Part shown: one piece after another, positions 31,005 through 39,876 of the stretch
How positions within the stretch are numbered: position 1 is the stretch's first letter
How the letters are laid out: every line of letters starts with the position of its first letter
IMG/VR virus record: IMGVR_UViG_3300027702_000001
Reading direction: 5' to 3' (one strand)
DNA: 64,000 nt
Source: a virus
The notes under the pieces: generated by a model
Told to the model about the DNA's origin: nothing
Databases searched by the model: none
What the model saw: the letters and a program-made list of their open reading frames with translations, nothing else
Program-made: the position numbers and the translations under genes

Positions 31005-33785
31005 TCAGGATGTTACTTCAGCGAAACTAGAACCAGTTCTAGTTGCAGTGAAGGTAAGGGTGATGAAGTTGATAGAGCGGGTAGGTTTCACGAAGATCTC
31101 CGCGAAAAATTCTCCTCTGTCAATTGCTTCAGGTGGGTTGTTGCTGCTGTCGCAGACAACCAAGAAATCGATGATGCCTCTACGAGACTGAACCGATCTG
31201 AGGAAAGGTTCCACAATGTTCTTGAATGAAGCGCGAGTAAACTCGTCATTCAATTCAAAGAGTTGTGTCTTTGCTGCAACTGAGATTGCATCTTCAAGTA
31301 CCAAGAACAAGCGACGAACGTTAATTCTGTCGAATGCAGATTGATATGAAAGTGCAGTCTTATCTCCGAAGAGGACGATGCCTTGTCCAGGGAATGCAAC
31401 CACAGGGTTTACACGTGCAGCGTATAGTCTGTCTCTATGATCCTTGAGAGGTGAGTAAGCAAGTTTGATTGCGTTTCTCAATTGTCCTCTGTTGAATCCA
31501 GCAGGTGAGAACCACGCTTCTGAATTAAGAGTTGCGCTAAGTGTTAGACCTGCAAGGTCAGCGTTACAAGGAAGGTAACGATACTTATCGTTGTACTTAT
31601 CGTAGATGTACTTATAGTTGTTATCGAAGACAGCGTATGATGTGCTAGAGAGTTTATTGAAGTAATCAATAGTTCTGTTAACAATCACGTTGGTATCGCT
31701 AAGACCAATCACGTCGTTGCGTGAAGGTGAAACGAATGCCAAGCAATCCTTACGGGTTGCAGCGATGTCGATGATCTTCTGTGCTTTAGCAACTGTGTCG
31801 CTAGTGTCTGCCATTGAAGGTCCCATCAAGATGTAATCTACATCGATGGTTTCTTTGTCAGCAACTAGATCGTATGAACCAAGAATCTCAGATCTTGAAA
31901 GTGTGTAACCGTCAGTACCACCCTGAAGTGAGTATCTGAGAGTTGAACCCTTTGCAGTACCGATGATCTCACGACCAAGGGATGTTTCTGTAGTCTTGAT
32001 TGCAACTGCTTGCTTGATCAAGTCGAAGTGTCTTGAAACACCAGATCCACCAAAGTCACCGTTAGCACCAGAGTCAACATCATAGATGCTGCCAGTCTCG
32101 TGTGATCCCCAGTAGATGTAGGATGAGATGTTCTTAATAACGTCTCTGTAGTAGATGGTCTCGCCCTGAACACCTTTTGCGTCGTTAGACTTAGATGCGA
32201 AGAGGAACTTCTCTAGAACCGCACCAGGTGTACCAGTGAGTTTGCCATCTCCATCAAGGACAAGGATGTGAATTTGGTCCTTAGAACCACCACGATCCTC
32301 AACCCAAGGTGAAGTACCAGGTCTAGGAGCAACGTTTGCCCACTTCTGTGAACCACCAAAATATCTTTCGTCGTATTCTGATCTTACAGAAGCAACGTTC
32401 ACGTTAGGTGAACCTGCAACGTTGTCATCAGAAATAGTATAGTTTGCTTCGAATGCTTCGCTAGATGAATTAGTAATAGTAAGAAGTTGTCTTTCGACTG
32501 CTTCAACCTTACCTTTGTCACCAGTTCTTGCACCGCCAGACTCAGCACTCCAAAGAGCGATTACGTCACCAACTTCAAGAACATCAGATGAGAGTGAGTA
32601 GTTAACATCAATCTCGATCTTTCTTGTAAGAGGATCGTAAGCAACAATCTGACCTTGAACAGGAATACTTACAGGTGAAGAAGCATCAGTTTCTCCTCTC
32701 CAGTATTGTCCTGATTCGAAGTCGCCTGCGATGGATGCGGAATCCATTGTAACTACGACTCTGTAACCGTAAATCTTAGCACCTGCGTTAGCAGCAGAGT
32801 AAGTTACGCTAGTTGTAGTTTGGAATTCCCACTCAGCAGTAGTAGGTTGTGCAAGAGAAAGGATCTGGTCAGGACCAGCGTCAGTCATTACGACTCTTAC
32901 AGAGTTACCGTAAAGACCAGGGTGTCTAGCAGCGAACTTCCAGTTGTTAGAAGCGCCTTCAACATTACCTTCATACTCTTCAAGATTTCTAACCAAAGGA
33001 GCAGACACACCAGTTGAGGTCTGTTCGTTGATTGTAGTCTTACCTGCTGTAACAACAAGTCTCTTAACTGTTTGTCCGTCTGTCTGTGCAGCAGCAGTTG
33101 TTTCCAACTTACCACGCTCAACAGTTAGATCGTTACCCGCGATCGCTGTAACCTTGACAATCTCGTCAGAGACCAAAAGGTGATCGTTGATAGAAACAGC
33201 AAGTGATGCTGATGAAGTAATAGTCAGTGTAGTACCACCAGCAGCAAGGGTTCCACCTTGGTTCATTGTGGTGCTGTTACCTGACTCTTCGATCAAGGTG
33301 ATGCTTGAACCAGCAGCGTGTGAAGTTGCTGCAGTTGCAAGTTGACCACGCTGTACAGTAAGGTCGTTACCTGAAACGTTAGTTACTCTAAGAACTTCAG
33401 CGTCGATCAACAGAAGATCGCCTGTCGCGAAGTCTGTCGCTGCTGTTACTGTAAGAGTAGTGTCTGCACCAGAGAAGGTAGTGACAACAGTTTGTGCTGT
33501 GTCAATAGCGTTCTTAAGTGAAGAACTGTTTGCACGAATAACCTTAAGTGTACCACCGTACAGTAAGAATTGTGCTGCTGAATACCAGTATTCGTAGTTG
33601 TAGTCGTTAGGACGACCGAAGACTGCTAGGAGTTCCTTCTCGCTAGTTACGTCTACAATCTTATTAACGGGACCCTTTTCAAAGGAACCGACTATCACTG
33701 CCACATTATCTAGAGTTGCGTTAGCAACCGTAGTCAGATCCTTTTCAAGTACCACGACCCCTGGCGAAAGTTGGGTAGATGCCAT
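31005..33785 (-). CDS. gp18: Contractile tail sheath protein with inserted domains, 926 aa
   Basis: LSPGVVV.E.D, WFSPAG.NRG, FGDKT and FDRINVRRLF. Confidence 0.97.
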   Translation of the reverse strand: MASTQLSPGVVVLEKDLTTVANATLDNVAVIVGSFEKGPVNKIVDVTSEKELLAVFGRPNDYNYEYWYSAAQFLLYGGTLKVIRANSSSLKNAIDTAQTVVTTFSGADTTLTVTAATDFATGDLLLIDAEVLRVTNVSGNDLTVQRGQLATAATSHAAGSSITLIEESGNSTTMNQGGTLAAGGTTLTITSSASLAVSINDHLLVSDEIVKVTAIAGNDLTVERGKLETTAAAQTDGQTVKRLVVTAGKTTINEQTSTGVSAPLVRNLEEYEGNVEGASNNWKFAARHPGLYGNSVRVVMTDAGPDQILSLAQPTTAEWEFQTTTSVTYSAANAGAKIYGYRVVVTMDSASIAGDFESGQYWRGETDASSPVSIPVQGQIVAYDPLTRKIEIDVNYSLSSDVLEVGDVIALWSAESGGARTGDKGKVEAVERQLLTITNSSSEAFEANYTISDDNVAGSPNVNVASVRSEYDERYFGGSQKWANVAPRPGTSPWVEDRGGSKDQIHILVLDGDGKLTGTPGAVLEKFLFASKSNDAKGVQGETIYYRDVIKNISSYIYWGSHETGSIYDVDSGANGDFGGSGVSRHFDLIKQAVAIKTTETSLGREIIGTAKGSTLRYSLQGGTDGYTLSRSEILGSYDLVADKETIDVDYILMGPSMADTSDTVAKAQKIIDIAATRKDCLAFVSPSRNDVIGLSDTNVIVNRTIDYFNKLSSTSYAVFDNNYKYIYDKYNDKYRYLPCNADLAGLTLSATLNSEAWFSPAGFNRGQLRNAIKLAYSPLKDHRDRLYAARVNPVVAFPGQGIVLFGDKTALSYQSAFDRINVRRLFLVLEDAISVAAKTQLFELNDEFTRASFKNIVEPFLRSVQSRRGIIDFLVVCDSSNNPPEAIDRGEFFAEIFVKPTRSINFITLTFTATRTGSSFAEVTS
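33057..33482 (-). repeat. Tandem duplicated approx. 65-aa domain inside gp18
   Basis: TTLTVT..DLLLIDAEVLRVTNVSGNDLTVQRGQL compared with TTLTIT..DHLLVSDEIVKVTAIAGNDLTVERGKL. Confidence 0.85.
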
Positions 33786-33823
33786 TGGTTAGCTCCTGAA
33801 AAAATCTCAATCTATGCTGATAT

Positions 33824-33830
33824 TATTTAG
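33824..33830 (-). promoter_or_regulatory. Late promoter CTAAATA for gp18
   Basis: Variant late motif about 40 nt before the gp18 ATG. Confidence 0.65.
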
Positions 33831-33869
33831 TAAAAGGTACTGTTCAAGCGGGGAAACGGAACGTGAACA

Positions 33870-34103
33870 TTACCAATCAGGATACTCAGACTCCTTTCGT
33901 AGTTTAGGTTTTTGCTTTCTTGTCTTACTTACTCTTTTCTTTGTACAATATTTGCATTCATACGAATATGCAGAGGGGTTTTGTCCTCTGTCTTTTCTAG
34001 TCTTATAAAAATTATCTGTGAGCGAGAGAGTTCTCAGGCATTTTCTACATTGCCTATCAACAAAGAGGAACTGCTCTAGACCCAGTTCTTCTTCTATACT
34101 CAT
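33870..34103 (-). CDS. Small Cys4 zinc-ribbon protein, 77 aa
   Basis: CRKC...FYKTRK...YECKYC. Confidence 0.75.
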   Translation of the reverse strand: MSIEEELGLEQFLFVDRQCRKCLRTLSLTDNFYKTRKDRGQNPSAYSYECKYCTKKRVSKTRKQKPKLRKESEYPDW

Positions 34104-34186
34104 TTCGGTTCTTCACTCTTCCTTGCTGCGTAACCTAATACGAATCCGAAAGAAAATAACACTAAGGTTATTAGTGCTGTTGCCAA
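34100..34186 (-). CDS. 28-aa single-TM micropeptide, TTG start (absent from ORF track)
   Basis: (M)ATALITLVLFSFGFVLGYAARKSEEPK*, with an ATGA overlap to the next gene. Confidence 0.5.
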   Translation of the reverse strand: MATALITLVLFSFGFVLGYAARKSEEPK

Positions 34187-34209
34187 GTTAAGTAAGATGC
34201 CTTCTACAC

Positions 34210-35856
34210 TCATTTGTAATCCCACATATAGGAGCGATCGCCATATTCATCGGTATGCCAGACCTGTCCTTCTGGATCTACGAATGCCTCATCACTGAGA
34301 CCATCATCCATAAATCCGAACGGTGCCATATCCGCTTCAATTGCTTCGCGTTGTTCTTGATACATTCTAGCACGAATGTCGTTATCGTGGAGTTCCTTAA
34401 AATAATCCTGTACTGCTAACCAAGAGAACATCACAAGACACATAGCAAGGTCATCGTTGCAACCTTCCTCTGCTGCCCAAGACTGTCCTTTTTGAATGAA
34501 GGTAGTTAGTTCAGAGATAATATCATAATCACATAGTTGCAACTTATCGTCTTCTAGTAATTGTTTCAGGTTAGAACAACCAACCTTCTTAACAGCAGTT
34601 GACATCTTGACACCTAGTTGTACTTTACCACCAGAGAATCCTTGACCAACAACTTGTCCTGCTCTACCACGCATTGCTGCCATTAGTAGATTGTCATACT
34701 CAAGATCATACTGTATAATATCTGCAACCTGACCACCAATGTCATTTACTTCTACAAGAATGTAAGCGTGGTTATATGCTCTTGCAACCTGACAAATAAT
34801 ATCAGGGAATAACATAGGTTTAACTTCATTATTTCTATACTTAGCAACTAATTTATATGGAACGGTAGTTGTATCGAACAGTGTGAATGCACTGTAGTCT
34901 CCATTAATACCTCTTGCTACGTCCACTGTCATCGTATAATTATGTTCCGCTTCTGGTTTAGAGAATACATCAAGACCATTCTGTCTTTCTATTGGTTCTT
35001 CATATGTCATCACTCTCAACTTACTGGGAGAGATCAGAGTATCTACAGAGCCCAGGAACTCACATTCGAACTCAACACGGAATTGTTGTTCACTTGTGTT
35101 ACGGATAGTCTGTGCTTTCCATTCAGCATCTCTTCCTGGAACCTCAGACCAATGTACTTCTGTTGGGATATATTCATTCGTACCACGCTCTGCATCGTGC
35201 CAGAGTTTGTAGTACATATTCATCCCGTGAGGGGTAGAGATGATAATAACTTTAGTGGATTTACCAGAAGAAATAGTAGGATAAACAGAACTAAAAAACT
35301 GATCCGCAATGTTATTCGGAACGAACGCGAATTCGTCCAGAAATATGACGTTAAAAGACATACCCCTGACGGCACTAGCACTAGTAGATGCAGCAAGGAG
35401 TTTACTTCCGTTCTCCAATTCCACTGACCCTTTGTTCCAGCCAATAATACCTTGCTGCATCCATTTAGGAAGATTCTCGTAACTGAGTTGTAAACGTCCA
35501 AGCATTTCTCGTGCAGTTGCTGCTTTGTTTGCGAGGATTGCGACATTGACGTTATCGTTAAAGATTACATACCATAATAGATATGCGGTAACAACAGTTG
35601 ACTTACCACTCTGTCTTGGTAACTTAGCAATATTAAATCTATTCTCGTGGAACCTGTTGACCATCTGTTCTTGAAAGTCATACAAGTCGAATGGGATGAC
35701 ACCCTCATCCAGCGACACAATTTTAATGTATCTCTTAATAAAGTAAATAGGATCACCAGCACACTTAATAAACTCCTTCACCTGTTTGGGTGTGAAGTTA
35801 GTAGGTACGTTTGCCTTTTTTAAATTGGGGTTGCCTAGATATGCATCAAGACCCAT
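34210..35856 (-). CDS. gp17: Terminase large subunit
   Basis: YLGNPNLK, PRQSGKST, IFLDEFAF, IISTPHG and DVARG; no intein-sized insertion. Confidence 0.98.
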   Translation of the reverse strand: MGLDAYLGNPNLKKANVPTNFTPKQVKEFIKCAGDPIYFIKRYIKIVSLDEGVIPFDLYDFQEQMVNRFHENRFNIAKLPRQSGKSTVVTAYLLWYVIFNDNVNVAILANKAATAREMLGRLQLSYENLPKWMQQGIIGWNKGSVELENGSKLLAASTSASAVRGMSFNVIFLDEFAFVPNNIADQFFSSVYPTISSGKSTKVIIISTPHGMNMYYKLWHDAERGTNEYIPTEVHWSEVPGRDAEWKAQTIRNTSEQQFRVEFECEFLGSVDTLISPSKLRVMTYEEPIERQNGLDVFSKPEAEHNYTMTVDVARGINGDYSAFTLFDTTTVPYKLVAKYRNNEVKPMLFPDIICQVARAYNHAYILVEVNDIGGQVADIIQYDLEYDNLLMAAMRGRAGQVVGQGFSGGKVQLGVKMSTAVKKVGCSNLKQLLEDDKLQLCDYDIISELTTFIQKGQSWAAEEGCNDDLAMCLVMFSWLAVQDYFKELHDNDIRARMYQEQREAIEADMAPFGFMDDGLSDEAFVDPEGQVWHTDEYGDRSYMWDYK

Positions 35857-36121
35857 CTTCTTCCTTCCGTTTCAAACTATCTATACGCTTCTTTAGTTCT
35901 TGATACCCTTGGTACTCCTCTTCAGATACCTCGATCTCTCTGAACCTTACAGACATTAGTTCTTCCCCACCCTTTAGTTCATCTATCTCGGGGTGTCCTG
36001 TCTTCGGTTTCTTTTTGTAACCGCCAAACTCTTTAATTACTAGCAATGCTTGTAGTCCTAAAGAGACAGCGATTCCCAGTAACACTAACCAAAATGCTAC
36101 TGGGACTGGGTATGGTTCCAT
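35846..36121 (-). CDS. Membrane protein, 91 aa
   Basis: N-terminal TM segment followed by HPEIDELKGGEELMSVRF. Confidence 0.75.
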   Translation of the reverse strand: MEPYPVPVAFWLVLLGIAVSLGLQALLVIKEFGGYKKKPKTGHPEIDELKGGEELMSVRFREIEVSEEEYQGYQELKKRIDSLKRKEEDGS

Positions 36122-36325
36122 TTAGTTTTCGATATACTTTTCTAGTACCTCTAGTTGATCGTGATAATGTGAGATTTGATCTAGTTCGCTTTCAATCGCT
36201 GCCATAATATCTGGATGCTCTCCGATACCAACAGGATTGGTAAGATAAACTTCAATGTTCATCTTATGCTTTTCAATATTGCCTAGGGCGTGCAGTTTAA
36301 CTGCTTCAATCAGTTTCTGTTTCAT
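36122..36325 (-). CDS. Hypothetical protein, 67 aa
   Basis: NPVGIGEHPDI motif; operon context. Confidence 0.78.
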   Translation of the reverse strand: MKQKLIEAVKLHALGNIEKHKMNIEVYLTNPVGIGEHPDIMAAIESELDQISHYHDQLEVLEKYIEN

Positions 36326-36782
36326 TTAGTAAGGTACCATAAGATCTACGGATTTCTCTGAGGTATTCGAAATCCTTTTGTTTTGTTCCTCCGTCATATG
36401 ACCAAGCATATCCTTCGGTAATCATTTGCTCATTAAGGGACACATCTGCATCCCCGACGTAAATCCAACCGAGTAAGCGACCATACTTACCGACACCACC
36501 AACAAGTTCAGTCCTAATAAACAACTGATCATCACCACTAATGGTTGATTCGAGTTTATCTTTGAGCCAATTTGTTGCATCGATACCAAGTGCTTTCTCC
36601 TCTAGATCGCGGGTTCTTTTCTCAGGAGTATCGACTCCTGCGATTCTTACCCTTTCTTTTTTATATAGATCGAAACCAAGATCGATTGTTACATCGATAG
36701 TGTCTCCATCAAGAACTCTGTTGATCTCCGTCACTCGGAAGTTGTAACAACTCTTCCTGCTTGGGGGTAACATCTCTGCCAT
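36306..36782 (-). CDS. Staphylococcal-nuclease-like (thermonuclease) protein
   Basis: VLDGDTIDV, RVRIAGVDTPE and GKYGRLLGWIY. Confidence 0.92.
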   Translation of the reverse strand: MAEMLPPSRKSCYNFRVTEINRVLDGDTIDVTIDLGFDLYKKERVRIAGVDTPEKRTRDLEEKALGIDATNWLKDKLESTISGDDQLFIRTELVGGVGKYGRLLGWIYVGDADVSLNEQMITEGYAWSYDGGTKQKDFEYLREIRRSYGTLLNETETD

Positions 36783-36918
36783 CGTTCAACTCCACAAATG
36801 ATCCTTTTAGTATGTAGTAGATATACCAAGAGATCATTATGAGAAGTATTACTAACATAATAATAACTCCCCATACAGGATCACCATAGTTTTCGTGAGT
36901 CCTAAGAACTAGATTCAT
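36709..36918 (-). CDS. Small membrane protein, up to 69 aa
   Basis: TM segment VWGVIIMLVILLIMISWYIYYIL. Confidence 0.6.
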   Translation of the reverse strand: MNLVLRTHENYGDPVWGVIIMLVILLIMISWYIYYILKGSFVELNDGRDVTPKQEELLQLPSDGDQQSS

Positions 36919-37177
36919 CTGTTAAATCAGGCAAACGTTCTTCAACCCAGTGATCCTCGTTCTCAATACCTGCAGCAGCAACATAACGTAAGATGTGCTG
37001 ATCGATCTGTTGATAGATTGGATGTAGATCCAGATCCATACTAATATCGTGTGCAATTTCTGAAACTTGTTTCTCTGATAAACAGTGATCAGGATGCAGA
37101 AGGTCACAGCAAGGTATTCTTCTTTCAATTAATTCATTGAGGTTCAGTCGAACCTTATAATCTTTATGAATCGCCAT
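36902..37177 (-). CDS. Hypothetical protein, 91 aa
   Basis: MAIHKDYKVRLNLNEL...; the track's start at 37267 overlaps the upstream ORF. Confidence 0.7.
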   Translation of the reverse strand: MAIHKDYKVRLNLNELIERRIPCCDLLHPDHCLSEKQVSEIAHDISMDLDLHPIYQQIDQHILRYVAAAGIENEDHWVEERLPDLTDESSS

Positions 37178-37379
37178 TGGTTCCCCAGACCCTCCTCGGT
37201 ATCGCTGTAGATTGTCGCCTTTCCATTTCTTCAATAAGGTGACCATATTCTCTAAACATTCTGTCACCTGCTATGTAACAGGTTTGACGCTTCCATAAAG
37301 CATCGATAATCAACTTGTAATCCTCTTTAACGAGAATGTTATACTCAGTTGACTTTGAGTTGCATTTACATTCAGACAT
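37164..37379 (-). CDS. Hypothetical protein, 71 aa
   Basis: ORF in a co-oriented run of small genes. Confidence 0.65.
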   Translation of the reverse strand: MSECKCNSKSTEYNILVKEDYKLIIDALWKRQTCYIAGDRMFREYGHLIEEMERRQSTAIPRRVWGTNGDS

Positions 37380-37402
37380 TTTGGTTTTAACAAAGTTTAG
37401 GG

Positions 37403-37747
37403 TTAACCCATTATGTTCACATCTATTCCTAAGAATGGTGCGATCTTTCCAATAACTCTCAGAAAACCATCAACAAAGGCACCAAGGAATGCGAACCCAA
37501 GTAGCATACTAATAAGTGAGGCATTACGATTATGCCTACGAATCTTATCTTCGATCATTTCATCTACTTCATCACGTGTTGGATGATTAGGTAAAATTTC
37601 TTTAAAGCGATTTGCCATTGGTTCATCTCCAAGTTCGGGAAGATGGAAATCGAAGTCAATAATATCTTCGGATGCCCAAAAATCTTCCCAGTCTTTTGGT
37701 GAGTTGGTTACATCTTTTATCTCTGGTTTTTCTGGTGATTGAGTCAT
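37403..37747 (-). CDS. Membrane protein, up to 114 aa
   Basis: C-terminal HNRNASLISMLLGFAFLGAFVDGFLRVIG hydrophobic segment. Confidence 0.7.
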   Translation of the reverse strand: MTQSPEKPEIKDVTNSPKDWEDFWASEDIIDFDFHLPELGDEPMANRFKEILPNHPTRDEVDEMIEDKIRRHNRNASLISMLLGFAFLGAFVDGFLRVIGKIAPFLGIDVNIMG

Positions 37748-37748
37748 T

Positions 37749-38072
37749 TTAGTTTACGTGAATTGTTCCAGTCATTCCTGCTCCTTGATGAGGACCACAA
37801 AAGAATTCGTAGTCTCCAGCATCAGCAAAAGTGATGTCTTGAGATTCACCAGGGGAGAACATAAGAGACTCTCTGGATAAATCTGCTCGACCTTCTACAA
37901 TGATATTATGTGGAGGCAACATATTATTCACAAAGTGAACAGTATCACCTGCCGATATGGTAATATCGTTAGGTTCGAAAACTAGGTTTCCATTGCTTCC
38001 CATAGTTACATCAACAGCATACACAGGGAATGCAAAGAACAGCGTAGCAATGAATGCTAAAATGAACTTCAT
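37749..38072 (-). CDS. petE: Plastocyanin
   Basis: Signal peptide MKFILAFIATLFFAFPVYA; LVFEP; PPHN; FFCGPHQGAGM supplies the type-1 Cu ligands H/C/H/M. Alternative start at 38087. Confidence 0.96.
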   Translation of the reverse strand: MKFILAFIATLFFAFPVYAVDVTMGSNGNLVFEPNDITISAGDTVHFVNNMLPPHNIIVEGRADLSRESLMFSPGESQDITFADAGDYEFFCGPHQGAGMTGTIHVN

Positions 38073-38129
38073 ACTTAAGTTTATCAACTAGAAGTATTTA
38101 ACTGTGTACAAAAATGAGTTTATGGTTAG

Positions 38130-38387
38130 TCAGGAATCCCTGTCTTTACCAAACACACTAATTGCACCGTCAACAAAACCACGTCGATAATCCCAAGTAT
38201 CACCACCTATTTGCCCTCTCTTAGGGTTGATGCACTTGTTGTAATCTGGATCGGTATCACTAATATTATTGCATACTAATCCTGCTAAGTCTAGTTCGTT
38301 TCCTTTAGCGCCAGTACCAGTCCAACGGTGTTCACCGTTCAACCAAGTAGCACCGCATTTGTCACAAACCTTTTGCTCAAACTGCAT
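38130..38387 (-). CDS. Hypothetical Cys-containing protein, 85 aa
   Basis: CDKCGA.WLNG.H.W...DLAGLVCN....CINP. Confidence 0.75.
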   Translation of the reverse strand: MQFEQKVCDKCGATWLNGEHRWTGTGAKGNELDLAGLVCNNISDTDPDYNKCINPKRGQIGGDTWDYRRGFVDGAISVFGKDRDS

Positions 38388-38407
38388 TGGTGGTCTCCCA
38401 CAGGTTA

Positions 38408-38512
38408 CTAGAAGAATTTAGGATAGAAAATTATATATGTCAAGAAACTCTTTGCAAAAAGATCCGTTACCGCAAGGTGGAACTTTGCTCTACCAAGATC
38501 TTTTTTATCCAT
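38408..38512 (-). CDS. Possible 34-aa ORF (absent from ORF track)
   Basis: MDKKDLGRAKFHLAVTDLFAKSFLTYIIFYPKFF*, with a TGATG overlap to the upstream gene; it also overlaps the predicted promoter. Confidence 0.35.
   Translation of the reverse strand: MDKKDLGRAKFHLAVTDLFAKSFLTYIIFYPKFF
38415..38443 (-). promoter_or_regulatory. Host sigma70-like promoter upstream of the 85-aa ORF and petE
   Basis: TTGACA-17 bp-TAAATT on the minus strand. Confidence 0.5.
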
Positions 38513-39048
38513 CAGCATTTCCACTTGCGTAATGCTAACGCTTTTCTAGTGGGTTCACCTTTCTCATCTTTCATTGGTCCTTTGACTCCTCCCATTCTAG
38601 CGCAGAAAGATCTTTTCCTAGGACCCCCTTCAGGTTGAGGTGCTTTAAGATCAGACCCAGGATTTTCTCTCTCATAAGATTTTCTGCCCTTTTCGTTGAG
38701 TCCACCTTCTTTATTCTTTCCTTCCTTTCTTTGCCAAGCACTTTCATTTACGTCCTTGTCCTGTAGGAAGTTGACAGGAGATTTTTCTGGTTTCTTTTTC
38801 TTCTTACTATCCTTACCACCAAGTGCTGCCTTAGCAACTTTACCTGCTGAGTATGGATTATCTTTTTCTCTATTTTTCTTCGTATCCCTACGAATCTCTC
38901 TCATCTTTAATGCGTGAGAGATCTTTCTTCTGGCAGAAGGTCTGCCAATAGGAGGATTAGTTTTATCAATTGCTCGCGCTACAGAGAGTCCCACACCTTC
39001 TTCGATGGGGTCATCTTTAGTGTCTTGGAATTCTCTGAATGATTTCAT
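38512..39048 (-). CDS. Basic protein, probable head-internal protein (DUF6321-like C-terminus), 178 aa
   Basis: N-terminus MKSFREF; K/R-rich; C-terminal AWQRKEGKNKEGGLNEKGRKSY...SFCARM...ALRKWKC. Confidence 0.8.
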   Translation of the reverse strand: MKSFREFQDTKDDPIEEGVGLSVARAIDKTNPPIGRPSARRKISHALKMREIRRDTKKNREKDNPYSAGKVAKAALGGKDSKKKKKPEKSPVNFLQDKDVNESAWQRKEGKNKEGGLNEKGRKSYERENPGSDLKAPQPEGGPRKRSFCARMGGVKGPMKDEKGEPTRKALALRKWKC

Positions 39049-39188
39049 TTTTCCTTGTTGTTTTTAGGGTTAGATGCACAATTCATTTCGTGCTTTTCGA
39101 TCCAGGTTTTAGGACGCCAATGTCCTTGGGGTGAAGTGAGTCCACAATACTGGCATACCCACTGTCCGTTGTCGTTTTGATCAGCCAT
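39045..39188 (-). CDS. 47-aa protein with CxxC...H...C motif
   Basis: MADQNDNGQWVCQYCG...KHEMNC. Confidence 0.6.
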   Translation of the reverse strand: MADQNDNGQWVCQYCGLTSPQGHWRPKTWIEKHEMNCASNPKNNKEK

Positions 39189-39876
39189 AATGAAACTTTC
39201 TATCCTTAGATTTAGATGGGAGTTTGCCTGAACGCACCTTAGTGGATGATGTTTCACCATATCCTGCAGGGTGCTTTCCTGCTTTTGTTTTACCAACGCT
39301 GTCAGACTTTGCCTTGCTTCCCTTCTCTGTGTAGTGAAGTTTAGCAGACTTGTCCTTGTCTTTAGTAATCACAGATTCTTGTCCGTGCTTACGACCCAGA
39401 CGACGCATCACTTTGCCGAAACGACGTTTCGACATCTTATCAGGTTTGGTAGTGTGGTATGAAACCTCACGACCTGTCTCACCTGAATCATATTTATATT
39501 CTCCAACACCTTTCTTGTGACCAATACCGTGCTTCTTAAGACCTTTTTCAAGTTCTTTTCTTTTACCACGGTTCTTCTTTTCATCAGAACCACGGTCAGC
39601 ACTGATATGTCCAGTCACTTTGGTCTTGGATTTATCCATTGCACGGGCGAGACCACCCTCGGAGATAAACTCTCCGAATCCCATTATAGCATACGATTGT
39701 GTTTGTAGGTGCATATCGGTAGAACCCTTTTGCTGAACGGACTTTCTCTGGAGTTGCAACTTCCTAAGGTTGATCATAAGTTGCCTGCGGTCTAGAAGTT
39801 GTTTGGTCTTCTTGATCGCCTGATTCTTTGGATCTTTAACTTCTTTGTTGGGTTGCCCTTCCATCTTAACCACCAA
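39181..39876 (-). CDS. Highly basic protein, probable head-internal protein, up to 231 aa
   Basis: Very K/R-rich; internal MGFGEFISEG at 39684. Confidence 0.75.
   Translation of the reverse strand: MVVKMEGQPNKEVKDPKNQAIKKTKQLLDRRQLMINLRKLQLQRKSVQQKGSTDMHLQTQSYAIMGFGEFISEGGLARAMDKSKTKVTGHISADRGSDEKKNRGKRKELEKGLKKHGIGHKKGVGEYKYDSGETGREVSYHTTKPDKMSKRRFGKVMRRLGRKHGQESVITKDKDKSAKLHYTEKGSKAKSDSVGKTKAGKHPAGYGETSSTKVRSGKLPSKSKDRKFHYG

Noticed and set aside
1-35856. Inteins, introns or homing endonucleases in gp43, gp46, uvsW, cobS, gp23, gp20 and gp17
   Set aside because: ORF lengths are ordinary and the motifs are contiguous. No LAGLIDADG, GIY-YIG, HNH or intein splice motifs were seen.
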